A stretch of 23,463 nucleotides of DNA from an uncultured Gammaproteobacteria bacterium (lineage in GTDB: Bacteria > Pseudomonadota > Gammaproteobacteria > UBA6002), in NCBI GenBank assembly GCA_963705725.1, contig CAVPKM010000003.1, positions 1-23,463 of the forward strand, given 5' to 3'. Position 1 is the first letter of the stretch, and every line of letters starts with the position of its first letter. This document shows positions 7,614 to 18,163 of the stretch, in pieces. The position numbers were made by a program, and so were the translations under genes. Below the pieces are notes generated by a model. It searched no databases. It was given only the letters and a program-made list of their open reading frames with translations, and had not been told where the DNA came from.

Positions 7614-9878
7614 ATGCTAAATGTTTTGCGTCGCATAGTACAAGAAGTCAATCTTGCCGCGGGCTTGCAAGAAGCATTAGATATTGCGACGACTCGCATA
7701 CGAGATGCGATGATGGCAGAAGCTTGCAGTATCTTCATTGTTGATGGAGATAGACGTGAGTATGTCTTGATGGCGACTGAGGGGTTAAATAAAGAATTTA
7801 TTAATAAAGCTCGCTTGAAATTTGGTGAAGGTCTAATTGGCTTAGTAGGAGAAAGAGAAGAGCCGATTAATTTAAGTGATGCTCCTATGCACCCACGTTT
7901 TAAATATTATCCCAATATCGGTGAAGAACATTATCATGCTTTTCTTGGCGTGCCGATAATCCATCATCGCCAATTGCTTGGCGTGTTGTTTGTACAGCAG
8001 CGAGAGCCTCGCAAGTTTGATGAATCTGAAGAAGCTTTTTTAGTGACCTTATCCGTACAGCTCGCGACCGCAATTGCCCATGCTCAAGCAGTAGGAACTT
8101 TATGGGAACTCAATAATATTGAGATTGATGCAAAAACTTACAGTGGGCTGCCAGGTGCGCCAGGTGTTGCAGTTGGCACTGTGATCGTGGTTTATCCCTT
8201 AGCTGATCTTGAATCTGTGCCTGATCGCCACGCAGCAAATTCAGAAGAAGAGCTTATTACTTTTGAAAATGCGATAACTGCTACGCGAGCAGATATTCAG
8301 CAGTTAGCAAAATTATTGGCAATGAGTCTTCCTAAAGAAGAGCAAGGCATTTTTGACGCTTATTTGCGCATTCTTGATAGTTCAAGCTTTATCAACCGGG
8401 TCAAAACAGAAATTAATCACGGCAATTGGGCTCAGGCTGCGCTTAAAAGAGCAATTAAACAATATGTCGTTCAATTCGAGGCGATGGATGATCCTTATTT
8501 ACGCGAGCGTGCTGCTGATTTTAAAGATTTAGGCCAACGTATTCTTTCGCATCTTCAATCCGAAGAGCCAAAAAATCCTCATGCTTATCCTGAGCAAACC
8601 ATACTGGTTGGTGATGAAATGACGCCTTCAGCATTGGCCAGTATTCCAGAAGAGAAATTAGTTGGATTGGTATCTGCTAAAGGTTCGAACAATTCACATG
8701 TAGCAATTTTGGCGCGTGCGATGGGAATACCCACAGTGATGGGTGTCAATAATCTCCCTGTTGCACGATTGGAAAATAAAGAAATCATCATTGACGGCTA
8801 TTATGGTCAAGTTTACTGCTCACCTTCGTCATCGGTGAAAGAAGAATTTCTAAAATTAGCGTCTGAAGAAAAAGAATTAGATTATGAGCTTGAAGGACTG
8901 CGTGATCTTTCAGCAGAAACCTTGGATGGATTTAGTTTATCTCTCTATATTAACACCGGACTGATTTCCGATGTCAGTCGCGCCTTAGGTGTAGGCGCAG
9001 AAGGAGTGGGACTGTATCGGACTGAAATTCCTTTTATGGTAAGGGATCGATTTCCTAGCGAAGAGGAGCAAAGAATAATTTATCGCCAGCTTTTACAAGC
9101 TTTTTCTCCGCGTCCCGTAATGATGAGAACTTTAGATATTGGCGGTGATAAGAAATTGCCTTATTTTCCTGTCATAGAAGATAACCCTTTCTTAGGTTGG
9201 AGAGGGATTCGTATTACTCTTGACCATCCAGAAATTTTTTTGGTTCAGATTCGCGCTATGCTAAGAGCGAATTTGAACTTAGGAAACCTTCAAATTATGC
9301 TCCCCATGGTCAGCAGTATTGCCGAGGTGGAAGAAGCGCAAAGATTGATTACCCAAGCATATTTAGAATTGGTGGAAGAAAATGAGCAGATTGTAAGGCC
9401 ACCCGTTGGTATAATGATTGAAGTGCCCTCTGCTGTTTATCAGGCTAGAGAGCTGGCTAAACGAGTCGATTTTTTATCGGTGGGAAGTAATGATTTAATT
9501 CAATACTTACTCGCAGTGGACCGTAATAATGTGCGTGTTGCTAGTCTTTATGAAGGATTACATCCTGCTGTACTACGAGCATTGATACAAGTTGTGGAAG
9601 GCGGGCATCATGAAGGAAAACATGTTAGTATCTGTGGGGAGATGGCCAGCGACCCCGTTTCTATTATTTTATTGCTAGCTATGGGATTTGATACACTTAG
9701 CATGAGCGCATCTCGAGTGCCAAGAATGAAATGGGTCATTCGAAAATTTACTATGGCAAGAGCCATCAAACTGCTTGAAGAAGTATTGTTAATGGATGAT
9801 CCCGTTGAAATACGTTGTCATTTAGAATTGGCCTTAGAAGAAGCTGGTTTGGGTGGGTTGATCCGAGCTGGAAAATAG
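7614..9878 (+). CDS. ptsP: Phosphoenolpyruvate-protein phosphotransferase EI-Ntr
   Basis: N-terminal GAF domain, GSNNSHVAILARA (phospho-His), GLYRTE, RTLDIGGDK, ICGEMA motifs. Start ATG 7614 (alternative TTG 7608). Confidence 0.96.
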   Translation: MLNVLRRIVQEVNLAAGLQEALDIATTRIRDAMMAEACSIFIVDGDRREYVLMATEGLNKEFINKARLKFGEGLIGLVGEREEPINLSDAPMHPRFKYYPNIGEEHYHAFLGVPIIHHRQLLGVLFVQQREPRKFDESEEAFLVTLSVQLATAIAHAQAVGTLWELNNIEIDAKTYSGLPGAPGVAVGTVIVVYPLADLESVPDRHAANSEEELITFENAITATRADIQQLAKLLAMSLPKEEQGIFDAYLRILDSSSFINRVKTEINHGNWAQAALKRAIKQYVVQFEAMDDPYLRERAADFKDLGQRILSHLQSEEPKNPHAYPEQTILVGDEMTPSALASIPEEKLVGLVSAKGSNNSHVAILARAMGIPTVMGVNNLPVARLENKEIIIDGYYGQVYCSPSSSVKEEFLKLASEEKELDYELEGLRDLSAETLDGFSLSLYINTGLISDVSRALGVGAEGVGLYRTEIPFMVRDRFPSEEEQRIIYRQLLQAFSPRPVMMRTLDIGGDKKLPYFPVIEDNPFLGWRGIRITLDHPEIFLVQIRAMLRANLNLGNLQIMLPMVSSIAEVEEAQRLITQAYLELVEENEQIVRPPVGIMIEVPSAVYQARELAKRVDFLSVGSNDLIQYLLAVDRNNVRVASLYEGLHPAVLRALIQVVEGGHHEGKHVSICGEMASDPVSIILLLAMGFDTLSMSASRVPRMKWVIRKFTMARAIKLLEEVLLMDDPVEIRCHLELALEEAGLGGLIRAGK

Positions 9879-9885
9879 GTGATTT

Positions 9886-10677
9886 ATGCTTTACCACCCT
9901 CAAATTAATCCCGTATTGATTAGCCTTGGACCAATCAAGATACATTGGTATGGCGTGATGTACTTACTTGCTTTTAGCCTAGCTTGGTTGCTTGGAAACT
10001 GGCGTGCTAAAAAATCAGCGGGCGTTTGGTCAAAAGACAATATTAATGATTTAGTTTTTTATTGTGTGGTTGGTGTCGTCATCGGTGGGCGGTTAGGGTA
10101 TATGCTATTTTACTCGCTGCCAAATTTTTTCTCTGCTCCCATGACTTTATTCAAAGTTTGGGAGGGCGGCATGTCCTTTCATGGCGGATTAATTGGCGTT
10201 TTAATTAGCATATGGTGGTTTAGTAAAAAGTTTAACAAACATTTTTTTGAAGTAGCTGATTTTACTGCACCCTTGGTTCCGCTGGGGCTTGCTGCAGGCC
10301 GGCTGGGTAATTTTGTCAATAGTGAGCTTTGGGGAAAGGTGACAACCGTTCCATGGGGGATGGTTTTCCCTCAAGTTGACACTTATACGCGACATCCTTC
10401 TCAACTTTATGAGCTTTTTTTAGAAGGCATTTTGCTTTTCATCGTCCTTTGGATTTTTTCAGCTAAAACCCGCCCTACGATGGCTGTTTCAGGTTTGTTT
10501 GCCTTAGGCTATGGGTTAATTCGATTTTTTCTGGAATTTTTTCGCGTTCCTGACGTGCAATATGGATATTTTGCTTGGGATTGGTTGACAATGGGACAAA
10601 TTCTTTCCCTTCCGCTTATCTTGTTTGGGCTCGTACTTTTGATCTTAGCTTATAAGAAAGTACCAGTTCGAACTTAA
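9886..10677 (+). CDS. lgt: Prolipoprotein diacylglyceryl transferase
   Basis: [35 protein letters not shown] and RFFLEFFR motifs. Confidence 0.97.
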   Translation: MLYHPQINPVLISLGPIKIHWYGVMYLLAFSLAWLLGNWRAKKSAGVWSKDNINDLVFYCVVGVVIGGRLGYMLFYSLPNFFSAPMTLFKVWEGGMSFHGGLIGVLISIWWFSKKFNKHFFEVADFTAPLVPLGLAAGRLGNFVNSELWGKVTTVPWGMVFPQVDTYTRHPSQLYELFLEGILLFIVLWIFSAKTRPTMAVSGLFALGYGLIRFFLEFFRVPDVQYGYFAWDWLTMGQILSLPLILFGLVLLILAYKKVPVRT

Positions 10678-10696
10678 ATAGAAAGAGTTGAAAAAA

Positions 10697-11491
10697 ATGA
10701 GACAATTCTTGCAATTTTTAAATCATATTCTTACGAATGGCACTCAAAAAAATGATCGCACCGGGACAGGCACGCTGAGCGTCTTTGGATATCAAATGCG
10801 CTTTGATCTTGCAGCAGGATTTCCATTAATTACCACTAAGAAGGTACACCTTAAAAGCATTATTCATGAATTACTTTGGTTTTTGCGAGGTGATACGAAT
10901 ATTCGATATTTAATTGACAACAACGTGACAATTTGGAACGAATGGGCAGATTCTGATGGGAATTTAGGTCCGATTTACGGTAGGCAATGGCGTTCTTGGA
11001 TAGGAGCGGAGGGACAGGTAATTGATCAGATTAGTCAGCTCATTGCAGAACTGAAATCTAATCCCAATTCAAGACGGTTAATTGTGAGCAGCTGGAACGC
11101 GGGAGAAATTGACAAAATGGCATTGCCACCTTGTCATTTATTATTTCAATTTTATGTTGCAAATAACAAACTTTCTTGCCAACTACTGCAACGTTCTGCC
11201 GATGGTTTTTTGGGGGTGCCGTTTAATATTGCTTCTTACGCCTTGTTAACGCATATGGTGGCAGATCAATGCGGCTATGAGTTAGGAGAATTTATTTGGA
11301 CTGGAGGCGATTGTCATATTTATTCTAATCATATCGATCAAGTTAAACTACAGTTAACACGTGAGCCTTACCCCTTGCCAACCCTGAATATTAATCGGCA
11401 TCCTGCTTCGATATTCGATTATCAATATGAAGATTTTGAGATAATAGACTATGTGTCTCATCCGTTAATTAAAGCTGAGGTGGCTGTCTAA
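10697..11491 (+). CDS. thyA: Thymidylate synthase
   Basis: [30 protein letters not shown] and [16 protein letters not shown] motifs. ATG 10697 preferred over TTG 10688. Confidence 0.97.
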   Translation: MRQFLQFLNHILTNGTQKNDRTGTGTLSVFGYQMRFDLAAGFPLITTKKVHLKSIIHELLWFLRGDTNIRYLIDNNVTIWNEWADSDGNLGPIYGRQWRSWIGAEGQVIDQISQLIAELKSNPNSRRLIVSSWNAGEIDKMALPPCHLLFQFYVANNKLSCQLLQRSADGFLGVPFNIASYALLTHMVADQCGYELGEFIWTGGDCHIYSNHIDQVKLQLTREPYPLPTLNINRHPASIFDYQYEDFEIIDYVSHPLIKAEVAV

Positions 11492-11542
11492 ACATTACTC
11501 ACGTCGTCGGTGGCTTCGCACTCAGTAGGCCTCTATGAATAG

Positions 11543-12895
11543 TTATCGATTTTTCTCTGCATTCAAGCCTTCTAGTAGTATTAACGCTTGATAAAGCTGA
11601 AAATCATTTTGAGCCAGTGCGCTTTCTGATTTAGTTTTGGTTTCTAAATCTTCTTTAGCAGATTTGCCGTTGCCATTTTTCAAATGCCCACTCAAATCAC
11701 TTTCATTAACGGGGTCAATCAAGATTTCATCGTTGTCAGTTTTTGAAACACTCAAGTTGTTGACGATCACATCTGGGACAATTCCTGTAGCTTGGATAGA
11801 ACGACCAGATGGCGTGTAATAAAGCGCAGTAGTTAATTTTAAGGCAGTAGTATTGTCGATGGGAAAGACGGTTTGCACCGAGCCTTTGCCAAAACTGCGT
11901 GTTCCCATCACAATTGCCCGTTTATAATCTTGTAATGCACCGGCAACAATCTCTGAAGCAGAGGCTGAACCCTCGTTAATTAATACCACCATGGGAACTT
12001 CGTGAACAATATCTCCCGGTGTCGCTTTAGCCTTAATGTCCGCTCGCGGAATTCTGCCCTTTGTGTAGACAATCAATCCGCCATATTGTTTAAGTTGATT
12101 TAAATCTAGGAAGGTATCTGCGACATCAATGGCTGCGTCAAGTAATCCGCCAGGATTATTTCTTAAATCGAGAACCAGACCTTTAAGCGGGCCGCCTGAT
12201 TGCTTTTCCAAATTGGAAATGGCATTCCTAAGATCCTGTTTTGCAGGAGTTTGAAAAAAAGCAATTCGAATGTAACCATATCCTTTTGCTAGCAGCTTAC
12301 TCTTGATTGTCTGCACCTTAATGACGTCGCGCTTGACCAAGAGCTTTAAGGGTTTTTTTTCACCTTTTCGAAGGATGGTTAACGCAACATGGCTGCCACG
12401 TTTTCCTCGGATTAAATTGATTGCTTCACGCATGGTCATTTCTTTAATCAATTTATTATCGATTCGAATAATAAGATCGCCCGGTTTCATTCCGGCCTTG
12501 TAGGCGGGAGTATCGTCAAGGGGGCTAATGACTTTAATGTAACCACTTTCTGGAATAATTTCGACGCCAATGCCACCAAATTTGCCAGTTGTAGCGGTTT
12601 GTAAATCTTTGAGGTCATCTTCATCTAAATAAGCGGAATGTGGGTCAAGACTTGAGACCATTCCTTTCATGGCATTTTCAAATAAAGTGTCGTCCTTAAC
12701 GGTATCAATATAAAACCGTTTAATTTGCATAATCACTGTTGAAAATCGCTGAATATCCTTAAGAGGAACGCTAACGCTTCGATTATTGCTTGTGTTATTT
12801 TCTGTTACTGCATAGCAGCACGTGTTGATGCTGATGCCAAGACTCAGGCATAAAGTCATCAGAATTTTAAGAGTGCCACGCTTTGTGAGTTTCAC
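11543..12895 (-). CDS. ctpA: Carboxy-terminal processing protease, S41A family
   Basis: Signal peptide, LDPHSAY, PDZ GGIG, DLRNNPGG, GSASASEI (Ser) and SFGKGSVQ (Lys) motifs. GTG start follows GGAGG. Confidence 0.9.
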   Translation of the reverse strand: MKLTKRGTLKILMTLCLSLGISINTCCYAVTENNTSNNRSVSVPLKDIQRFSTVIMQIKRFYIDTVKDDTLFENAMKGMVSSLDPHSAYLDEDDLKDLQTATTGKFGGIGVEIIPESGYIKVISPLDDTPAYKAGMKPGDLIIRIDNKLIKEMTMREAINLIRGKRGSHVALTILRKGEKKPLKLLVKRDVIKVQTIKSKLLAKGYGYIRIAFFQTPAKQDLRNAISNLEKQSGGPLKGLVLDLRNNPGGLLDAAIDVADTFLDLNQLKQYGGLIVYTKGRIPRADIKAKATPGDIVHEVPMVVLINEGSASASEIVAGALQDYKRAIVMGTRSFGKGSVQTVFPIDNTTALKLTTALYYTPSGRSIQATGIVPDVIVNNLSVSKTDNDEILIDPVNESDLSGHLKNGNGKSAKEDLETKTKSESALAQNDFQLYQALILLEGLNAEKNR

Positions 12896-12999
12896 TCAGG
12901 TTCCTCCGCTTGGATTTCAGTTTGGCTACGCAAATAATAAAATAAAATATTTTAGCGCTAACTAGGGAAATAAGAAATAGTCAATCCCAACTGAATTTT

Positions 13000-14556
13000 T
13001 CAAAGAGATAGATGGACTAATGATTCGCCTTGCATTTCTTGAGGTTTTGGAAGTCCAAGTAGGTATAATAAGGTTGGTGCAATGTCAACTAAACTGCCGA
13101 GAGTAGGGTCGACTGTTGCCGGTCGCCCGATATAAATAAATGGGACTGAGTTTACAGTATGCGCGGTATGCGGTTGTCCAGTTTTTTCATCATACATCAG
13201 CTCTGCATTGCCGTGGTCAGCGGTGATAATTGCTTCGCCTCCTACTTGCTGCAAAGCTTGGTTAATTTTACGCAGGCATTCATCAATCACTTCAATAGCT
13301 GCGATAGTGGCCTGAATATTGCCTGTATGCCCCACCATATCCGGATTGGCAAAATTACAGATAATGACATCATGTTTTTGATTTAAAATATCATCTACCA
13401 GAAAATGGGTTAATTCTCTTGCGCTCATTTCAGGTTGCTGATCGTAGGTTGCAACTTGAGGGGAGGGGATTAATATTCTATCTTCCAAAGGAAAAGGCGT
13501 CTCAATACCCCCATTGAAAAAGAAGGTGACATGGGCATATTTTTCTGTTTCTGCGATTCGTAGCTGGGTGTAATGTAAATGAGATAAATATTCTCCTAAA
13601 GAATTGGTTACCTGAATAGGCGGAAAGGCGACATCGGCAGGGATATCTTCAGCGTATCGCGTGAGGGTAATGAAAGAACTGAGTTGTGGGTGTTTGCCTC
13701 TTGCAAAATGATTAAACTCCGGTTGTGTGAAGGCGCGGCTGAGTTGTCTTGCTCGATCAGCTCTGAAATTCATGAAAATCAGCGCATCCTGGTCATCTAT
13801 CGTGATGGGGTTGCCGCTTTTATCCATGATCACTGTGGGTTGAACAAACTCATCGCTTTCCCCTCGTGCATAAGCCAGTTTCAGGGCGGATTCAGCAGAG
13901 GAAACATAGAAATCGCTCTTGCCCTCGGTATAAAGCGCGTAGGCTTTTTCGGTTCGATCCCACCGATGGTCACGGTCCATTGCATAGTAACGACCAATTA
14001 TTGAGGCAAAACGACCTTTATTCAGACCCTGAAATAAACGTTGGGTGTTTTCAATCGAGTTAAGTGCTGATCGCGGGGGAGTGTCTCTACCATCTAAAAT
14101 TCCATGTAAAAAGATATTTTCTAGATTGTGAGCTGCTGCAGATTCAATTAGAGCAAAAAGATGCTGTTCGTGGCTGTGAACTCCGCCAGGAGATAATAAA
14201 CCTAAAATATGTAATTTTCCGTTATTTTGTTTTAATCGATTAAACACATTTGAAAAAATAGGGTTTTTGAAGAAATCTCCGTTTTTAATGGCCAGATCGA
14301 TCCGCATTAAATCTTGGGGTACCAAGCGACCAGCTCCCATGTGCAAATGGCCAACTTCAGAATTTCCCATTTGTCCATCCGGCAAGCCAACTGTTCTGCC
14401 CGAGCCTTCGATGAGTTTATGTGGATAATTTGACCACAGGTAATTCCAGTATGGCGTATGCGCGGCATGGATTGCATTATGAGAAGTTTGTTCGCTATAA
14501 CCCCAGCCATCGAGAACGATGAGTGCAATTGGCTTTGTTTTCATATTATTCTTCAT
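13000..14556 (-). CDS. gpmI: 2,3-bisphosphoglycerate-independent phosphoglycerate mutase
   Basis: LDGWG, GQMGNSEVGH, DGRDTPP, GRYYAMDRD, AETEKYAHVTFF, NPDMVGH and TADHGNAE motifs. The start could be 14544. Confidence 0.97.
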   Translation of the reverse strand: MKNNMKTKPIALIVLDGWGYSEQTSHNAIHAAHTPYWNYLWSNYPHKLIEGSGRTVGLPDGQMGNSEVGHLHMGAGRLVPQDLMRIDLAIKNGDFFKNPIFSNVFNRLKQNNGKLHILGLLSPGGVHSHEQHLFALIESAAAHNLENIFLHGILDGRDTPPRSALNSIENTQRLFQGLNKGRFASIIGRYYAMDRDHRWDRTEKAYALYTEGKSDFYVSSAESALKLAYARGESDEFVQPTVIMDKSGNPITIDDQDALIFMNFRADRARQLSRAFTQPEFNHFARGKHPQLSSFITLTRYAEDIPADVAFPPIQVTNSLGEYLSHLHYTQLRIAETEKYAHVTFFFNGGIETPFPLEDRILIPSPQVATYDQQPEMSARELTHFLVDDILNQKHDVIICNFANPDMVGHTGNIQATIAAIEVIDECLRKINQALQQVGGEAIITADHGNAELMYDEKTGQPHTAHTVNSVPFIYIGRPATVDPTLGSLVDIAPTLLYLLGLPKPQEMQGESLVHLSL

Positions 14557-14560
14557 TCGA

Positions 14561-14588
14561 TTGAACTACGCGATTAGATGTGTATACT
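14561..14588 (+). promoter_or_regulatory. Putative sigma70 promoter for yibN-grxC-secB-gpsA
   Basis: TTGAAC (14561-14566), 16-nt spacer, TATACT (14583-14588), 33 nt before the GTG start. Confidence 0.45.
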
Positions 14589-14621
14589 AAACCTTTAAGC
14601 CTACAGAAAAGAAGGAAACGG

Positions 14622-15047
14622 GTGAAGCAGTTTTTTCAATTTCTTATCAATCATTGGTTACTAAGTTCAATATTTATCTTAATCTTGCTCTTGATTATTT
14701 ATGATGAAATCAGAGGACGGGTTCAAGGGGTGCCACGTTTACAACCCCATGAATTAACAAGACTGATTAATAGAGAAGGAGCGGTTGTTCTTGATGTAAG
14801 AGACAGCCACGCTTTTATGAAGGGACATATTATTGGCGCTATCAACATCCCTCATACCGCAATCGATGCTAACTTAAAAAAACTTTCTCAGTATAAAACT
14901 CTACCCTTAGTCATTGTTAGTGCTAATGGGCAAACCGGTCCCCAAGAAGGCGTGCATCTGAAGCATCAAGGGTTTGAAAAAATTTATTTTTTAGCGGGTG
15001 GTCTTGCCGCATGGCAAGAAGCCGGACTTCCACTCACTCGGGAGTAA
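14622..15047 (+). CDS. yibN: Membrane-anchored rhodanese-like protein (YibN family)
   Basis: N-terminal TM helix (NHWLLSSIFILILLLII), VLDVR...GHIIGAINIP and LAGGLAAWQEAGLP motifs, in the conserved position before grxC-secB. GTG start follows GAAGGA. Confidence 0.85.
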   Translation: MKQFFQFLINHWLLSSIFILILLLIIYDEIRGRVQGVPRLQPHELTRLINREGAVVLDVRDSHAFMKGHIIGAINIPHTAIDANLKKLSQYKTLPLVIVSANGQTGPQEGVHLKHQGFEKIYFLAGGLAAWQEAGLPLTRE

Positions 15048-15051
15048 TCAA

Positions 15052-15303
15052 TTGCCAGATGTGATAATCTATACCAGTGCAATTTGTCCTTACTGTGACC
15101 GTGCTAAGGCGCTTTTGGGTCAAAAAGGAGTTTCATATAAAGAAATCCGTATTGATCTTGATGAAAATAAGCGAGAAGAAATGATTGCATTGACAGGAAG
15201 AAGAACCGTTCCACAGATTTTTATCAATGGGAAACATGTCGGTGGATGTGATGACTTGTGGGCATTAGAGAAAAATAATCAATTGGATAGCTTATTAATC
15301 TAG
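15052..15303 (+). CDS. grxC: Glutaredoxin 3
   Basis: CPYC active site, TVPQIFI and GGCDDL motifs. Likely TTG start at 15052, 7 nt after GGAG. Confidence 0.93.
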   Translation: MPDVIIYTSAICPYCDRAKALLGQKGVSYKEIRIDLDENKREEMIALTGRRTVPQIFINGKHVGGCDDLWALEKNNQLDSLLI

Positions 15304-15311
15304 GAGATATT

Positions 15312-15779
15312 ATGACTGACACAGCAAACAGTGAAAAGCAAATGGATTTTGGGATACAACGTATTTATGTAAAGGATTCTTCCTATGAATCACCACATGC
15401 TCCTGAAATATTTAAACAAAATTGGACGCCTGCTGTAGAAATTGATTTGCAAAGTAAAGCAAAATTACTTGAAAATGATACTTACCAAGTCATTGTCAGC
15501 ATTACTTCTACTGTTAAAATTGATAGTAAAGTGGCATTTATTGCTGAAATTCATCAAGCGGGTATCTTTACTATTCGTAATTTCCCTGAAGATCAGCTTG
15601 ATCATCTTCTCGGTAGTTTTTGTCCTAACATTATTTTCCCCTATGCGCGTGAAAGCATTACTGATCTAGTCACGCGTGGCGGTTTTCCACAACTTTATAT
15701 GGCTCCAGTCAATTTTGATGCGATTTACCAACAAAAATTAGCACAAAAACAAGAACAAAAAGAAGAAGTTGCAGAATAG
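15312..15779 (+). CDS. secB: Protein export chaperone SecB
   Basis: IQRIYVKD.SYESP..P, QAGIF, CPNIIFPYARE and GGFPQL..PVNFDA motifs. Confidence 0.97.
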   Translation: MTDTANSEKQMDFGIQRIYVKDSSYESPHAPEIFKQNWTPAVEIDLQSKAKLLENDTYQVIVSITSTVKIDSKVAFIAEIHQAGIFTIRNFPEDQLDHLLGSFCPNIIFPYARESITDLVTRGGFPQLYMAPVNFDAIYQQKLAQKQEQKEEVAE

Positions 15780-15806
15780 TTAAATTAGAGGTTTTTAGAA
15801 GAGTTT

Positions 15807-16808
15807 ATGTCTCAAATTGCCATTCTCGGCGCTGGGTCTTGGGGAACAGCTCTTGCCATCGTATTAGCACGTAATGGTCAGTCAGTTCGATTGTGGGGGC
15901 GAGATGAACTCGTCTCCATACAATCATCGCGTTATAATCAGCGCTATTTGCCTGGCATTTACTTGCCTGATCTCATTGAAATTGCTCCTGACTTTTCAAA
16001 AGCAATAGAGGGCGTGCGCGATGTATTAATTGCTGTGCCAAGTGAAGCTTTTAGGTCAATCATACAGACCTTGCATTCCCTGCGGCCAGATCATATTCGT
16101 ATCTCGTGGGCAACAAAGGGATTAGACGATCAAAAAAATCAACTGCTACATGAAGTCGTACTGGAAACTTATTCAAAAACTATTCCATTAGCTGTATTGG
16201 CAGGTCCTTCTTTTGCTAAAGAAGTGGCTGCTGGATTGCCTACTGCTATTACATTAACCAGTAATGATCCCGCATTTGCAAATGATCTTGCCGCTTGCTT
16301 TCATCATCGACATTTTCGCGTCTATAAACAAGATGATTTAATCGGTGTTCAAATTGCTGGCGCCGTAAAAAATTGTTTAGCCATTGCAACCGGTATTTCA
16401 GATGGGTTGGGTTTTGGTGCAAATGCGAGGGCTGCTTTAATCACCCGCGGGCTTGCTGAAATGACGAGACTTGGGCTTGCAATGGGCGGTAAGCAAGAAA
16501 CATTTATGGGTCTTGCGGGGGTAGGCGATCTTGTATTAACCTGCACCGATGATCAATCTCGAAATCGACGTTTTGGTTATGCGATGGGGCAAGGAAAAAA
16601 AATTGAAGAAGCCGAGCAAGCCATTGGCCAAGTTGTGGAAGGAAAACGCACGGCTTTTAAAGTCTTAGCGCTTGCAAAACATTATTCCGTTGCAATGCCA
16701 ATCATTGAACAGGTCTGTGCAGTGTTACAGGGAAGGATCTCTTCCCGTGAAAGCGTCGAATATTTATTTTCAAGAGAACCGCGTCACGAAAAAATCATTC
16801 CTTATTAA
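15807..16808 (+). CDS. gpsA: NAD(P)H-dependent glycerol-3-phosphate dehydrogenase
   Basis: GAGSWGTALA, GPSFAKEV, GAVKN, TRGLAEM and GDLVLTCTDDQSRNRRFG motifs. Confidence 0.97.
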   Translation: MSQIAILGAGSWGTALAIVLARNGQSVRLWGRDELVSIQSSRYNQRYLPGIYLPDLIEIAPDFSKAIEGVRDVLIAVPSEAFRSIIQTLHSLRPDHIRISWATKGLDDQKNQLLHEVVLETYSKTIPLAVLAGPSFAKEVAAGLPTAITLTSNDPAFANDLAACFHHRHFRVYKQDDLIGVQIAGAVKNCLAIATGISDGLGFGANARAALITRGLAEMTRLGLAMGGKQETFMGLAGVGDLVLTCTDDQSRNRRFGYAMGQGKKIEEAEQAIGQVVEGKRTAFKVLALAKHYSVAMPIIEQVCAVLQGRISSRESVEYLFSREPRHEKIIPY

Positions 16809-16814
16809 GTTTCT

Positions 16815-17288
16815 CTAGTTATTCGCAACTTGAAATCCTAATTGGCGCCAAGCTTCATAAAGTATGATAGCAACGGCATTCGATAGATTTAAACTACGGC
16901 TTTGTGGTTGCATGGGGATGCGAATGATAGAGCTACTAGCAAACGATGAAAGTATTTCTTTAGGTAATCCGCGAGATTCAGGACCAAAGAGGAAAGCATC
17001 ACCAGGCTCATAGCAAACGTTGGAATAAAAATTTGTTCCTTTTGTTGAGCAGGCAAAAACCCGCCTGGGTGAAATTTTGTTTAAAAAGTTTGTATAATTT
17101 GAATAAATTTGAATACTTGCCCATTCATCATAATCCAGACCCGCCCGTTTTAATTTTGAATCTGTCAATGCAAACCCTAAGGGTTCAATTAAGTGTAAAC
17201 ACGCGCCAGTATTGGCGCATAGTCGAATAATGTTGCCAGTATTTGGTGGAATTTCGGGCTCGAATAAAATGATGTGTAATTGATTCAT
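16815..17288 (-). CDS. trmL: tRNA (cytidine/uridine-34 2'-O)-methyltransferase
   Basis: PEIPPNTGNIIRLCAN, HLIEPLGF, RAGLDY, FGPESRGLP and RSLNLSN motifs (SPOUT fold). Confidence 0.95.
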   Translation of the reverse strand: MNQLHIILFEPEIPPNTGNIIRLCANTGACLHLIEPLGFALTDSKLKRAGLDYDEWASIQIYSNYTNFLNKISPRRVFACSTKGTNFYSNVCYEPGDAFLFGPESRGLPKEILSSFASSSIIRIPMQPQSRSLNLSNAVAIILYEAWRQLGFQVANN

Positions 17289-17289
17289 T

Positions 17290-18156
17290 TTAAGGAGTCA
17301 CAAAAGGATCATCGCCATCAGTGGTTGAGGTTTTGGCGTTTGGCTTCATATTGTTTTTTTTAGAGGGTTCATTTTCATCTGCAATGAAGGGGTCATCTGC
17401 GTTATAGGATTTTTTTTCATCTAAGGGGGTTTGTGACTCGCTAACAAAGGTGTCTTCTTCTGTTGATTTCGTTGGAGATTTATTTTCAATATCACCAGAT
17501 GGGCAAATGCTTTTAATATCACATTCTCGTTTTTGCAGATAGGCATCTCGCACAAAAAGATAAGGGTCGATAGCCTCTTCAATTAACTTATCTGCAGCAA
17601 GTAAGCTTGCACGCTTATGAACCAGACGAAACCCATAAAGACCATAGCGTAGAGAGCGAGGCTGAATATAGGGCCAAACTGAAAGATACCGCCAATCAAC
17701 TGTCCATCCAATTGAATCTCGGAGAGTAGAAGGTCCAAAGAAGGGTACCATCAAATAAGTTGATTGCACAAAACCGTATCGTGCCAAAGTTAGTCCAAAA
17801 TCTTGGTGATGTTTTTCGAGTCCTGCCCGTGTGGCCACATCAAATAAACCGAATAAACCAAAGGTGGTGTTAAAAGCCAGTCGCCAACAATCGGACCAAG
17901 CATCAAGAAATTTACATTGCAGAACATTGTTAGCTATGTTGGTTACATCATCGACGTTATTAAAAAAGTTTTCGACGCGACAAACTAAAAAAGTCGGCAT
18001 GACCTTATCATAGGCGGTGGCGACGGGTCTGAAAACAACCTGATCAATCACCATGTTGAAGGCAAATATTTTTCGATTGATCGGTTCTAAAGGGTCAACA
18101 CAGGCGCAACCCGTCATAAACATCAAAATTAATAGATAAAAAAAACGAACTATCAA
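17290..18156 (-). CDS. mlaA: MlaA/VacJ family outer-membrane lipoprotein with long acidic C-terminal tail
   Basis: Lipobox-like MTGC, DPLEPINR, NTTFGLFGLFDVA, QDFGLTL, PFFGPSTLRD and DPYLFVRDAYLQKR motifs. TTG start. Confidence 0.92.
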   Translation of the reverse strand: MIVRFFYLLILMFMTGCACVDPLEPINRKIFAFNMVIDQVVFRPVATAYDKVMPTFLVCRVENFFNNVDDVTNIANNVLQCKFLDAWSDCWRLAFNTTFGLFGLFDVATRAGLEKHHQDFGLTLARYGFVQSTYLMVPFFGPSTLRDSIGWTVDWRYLSVWPYIQPRSLRYGLYGFRLVHKRASLLAADKLIEEAIDPYLFVRDAYLQKRECDIKSICPSGDIENKSPTKSTEEDTFVSESQTPLDEKKSYNADDPFIADENEPSKKNNMKPNAKTSTTDGDDPFVTP

Positions 18157-18163
18157 TATGCAC

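Noticed and set aside
14900-14945. Loss of the rhodanese catalytic Cys (VIVSANG) as a novelty
   Set aside because: YibN-family proteins commonly lack the catalytic Cys.
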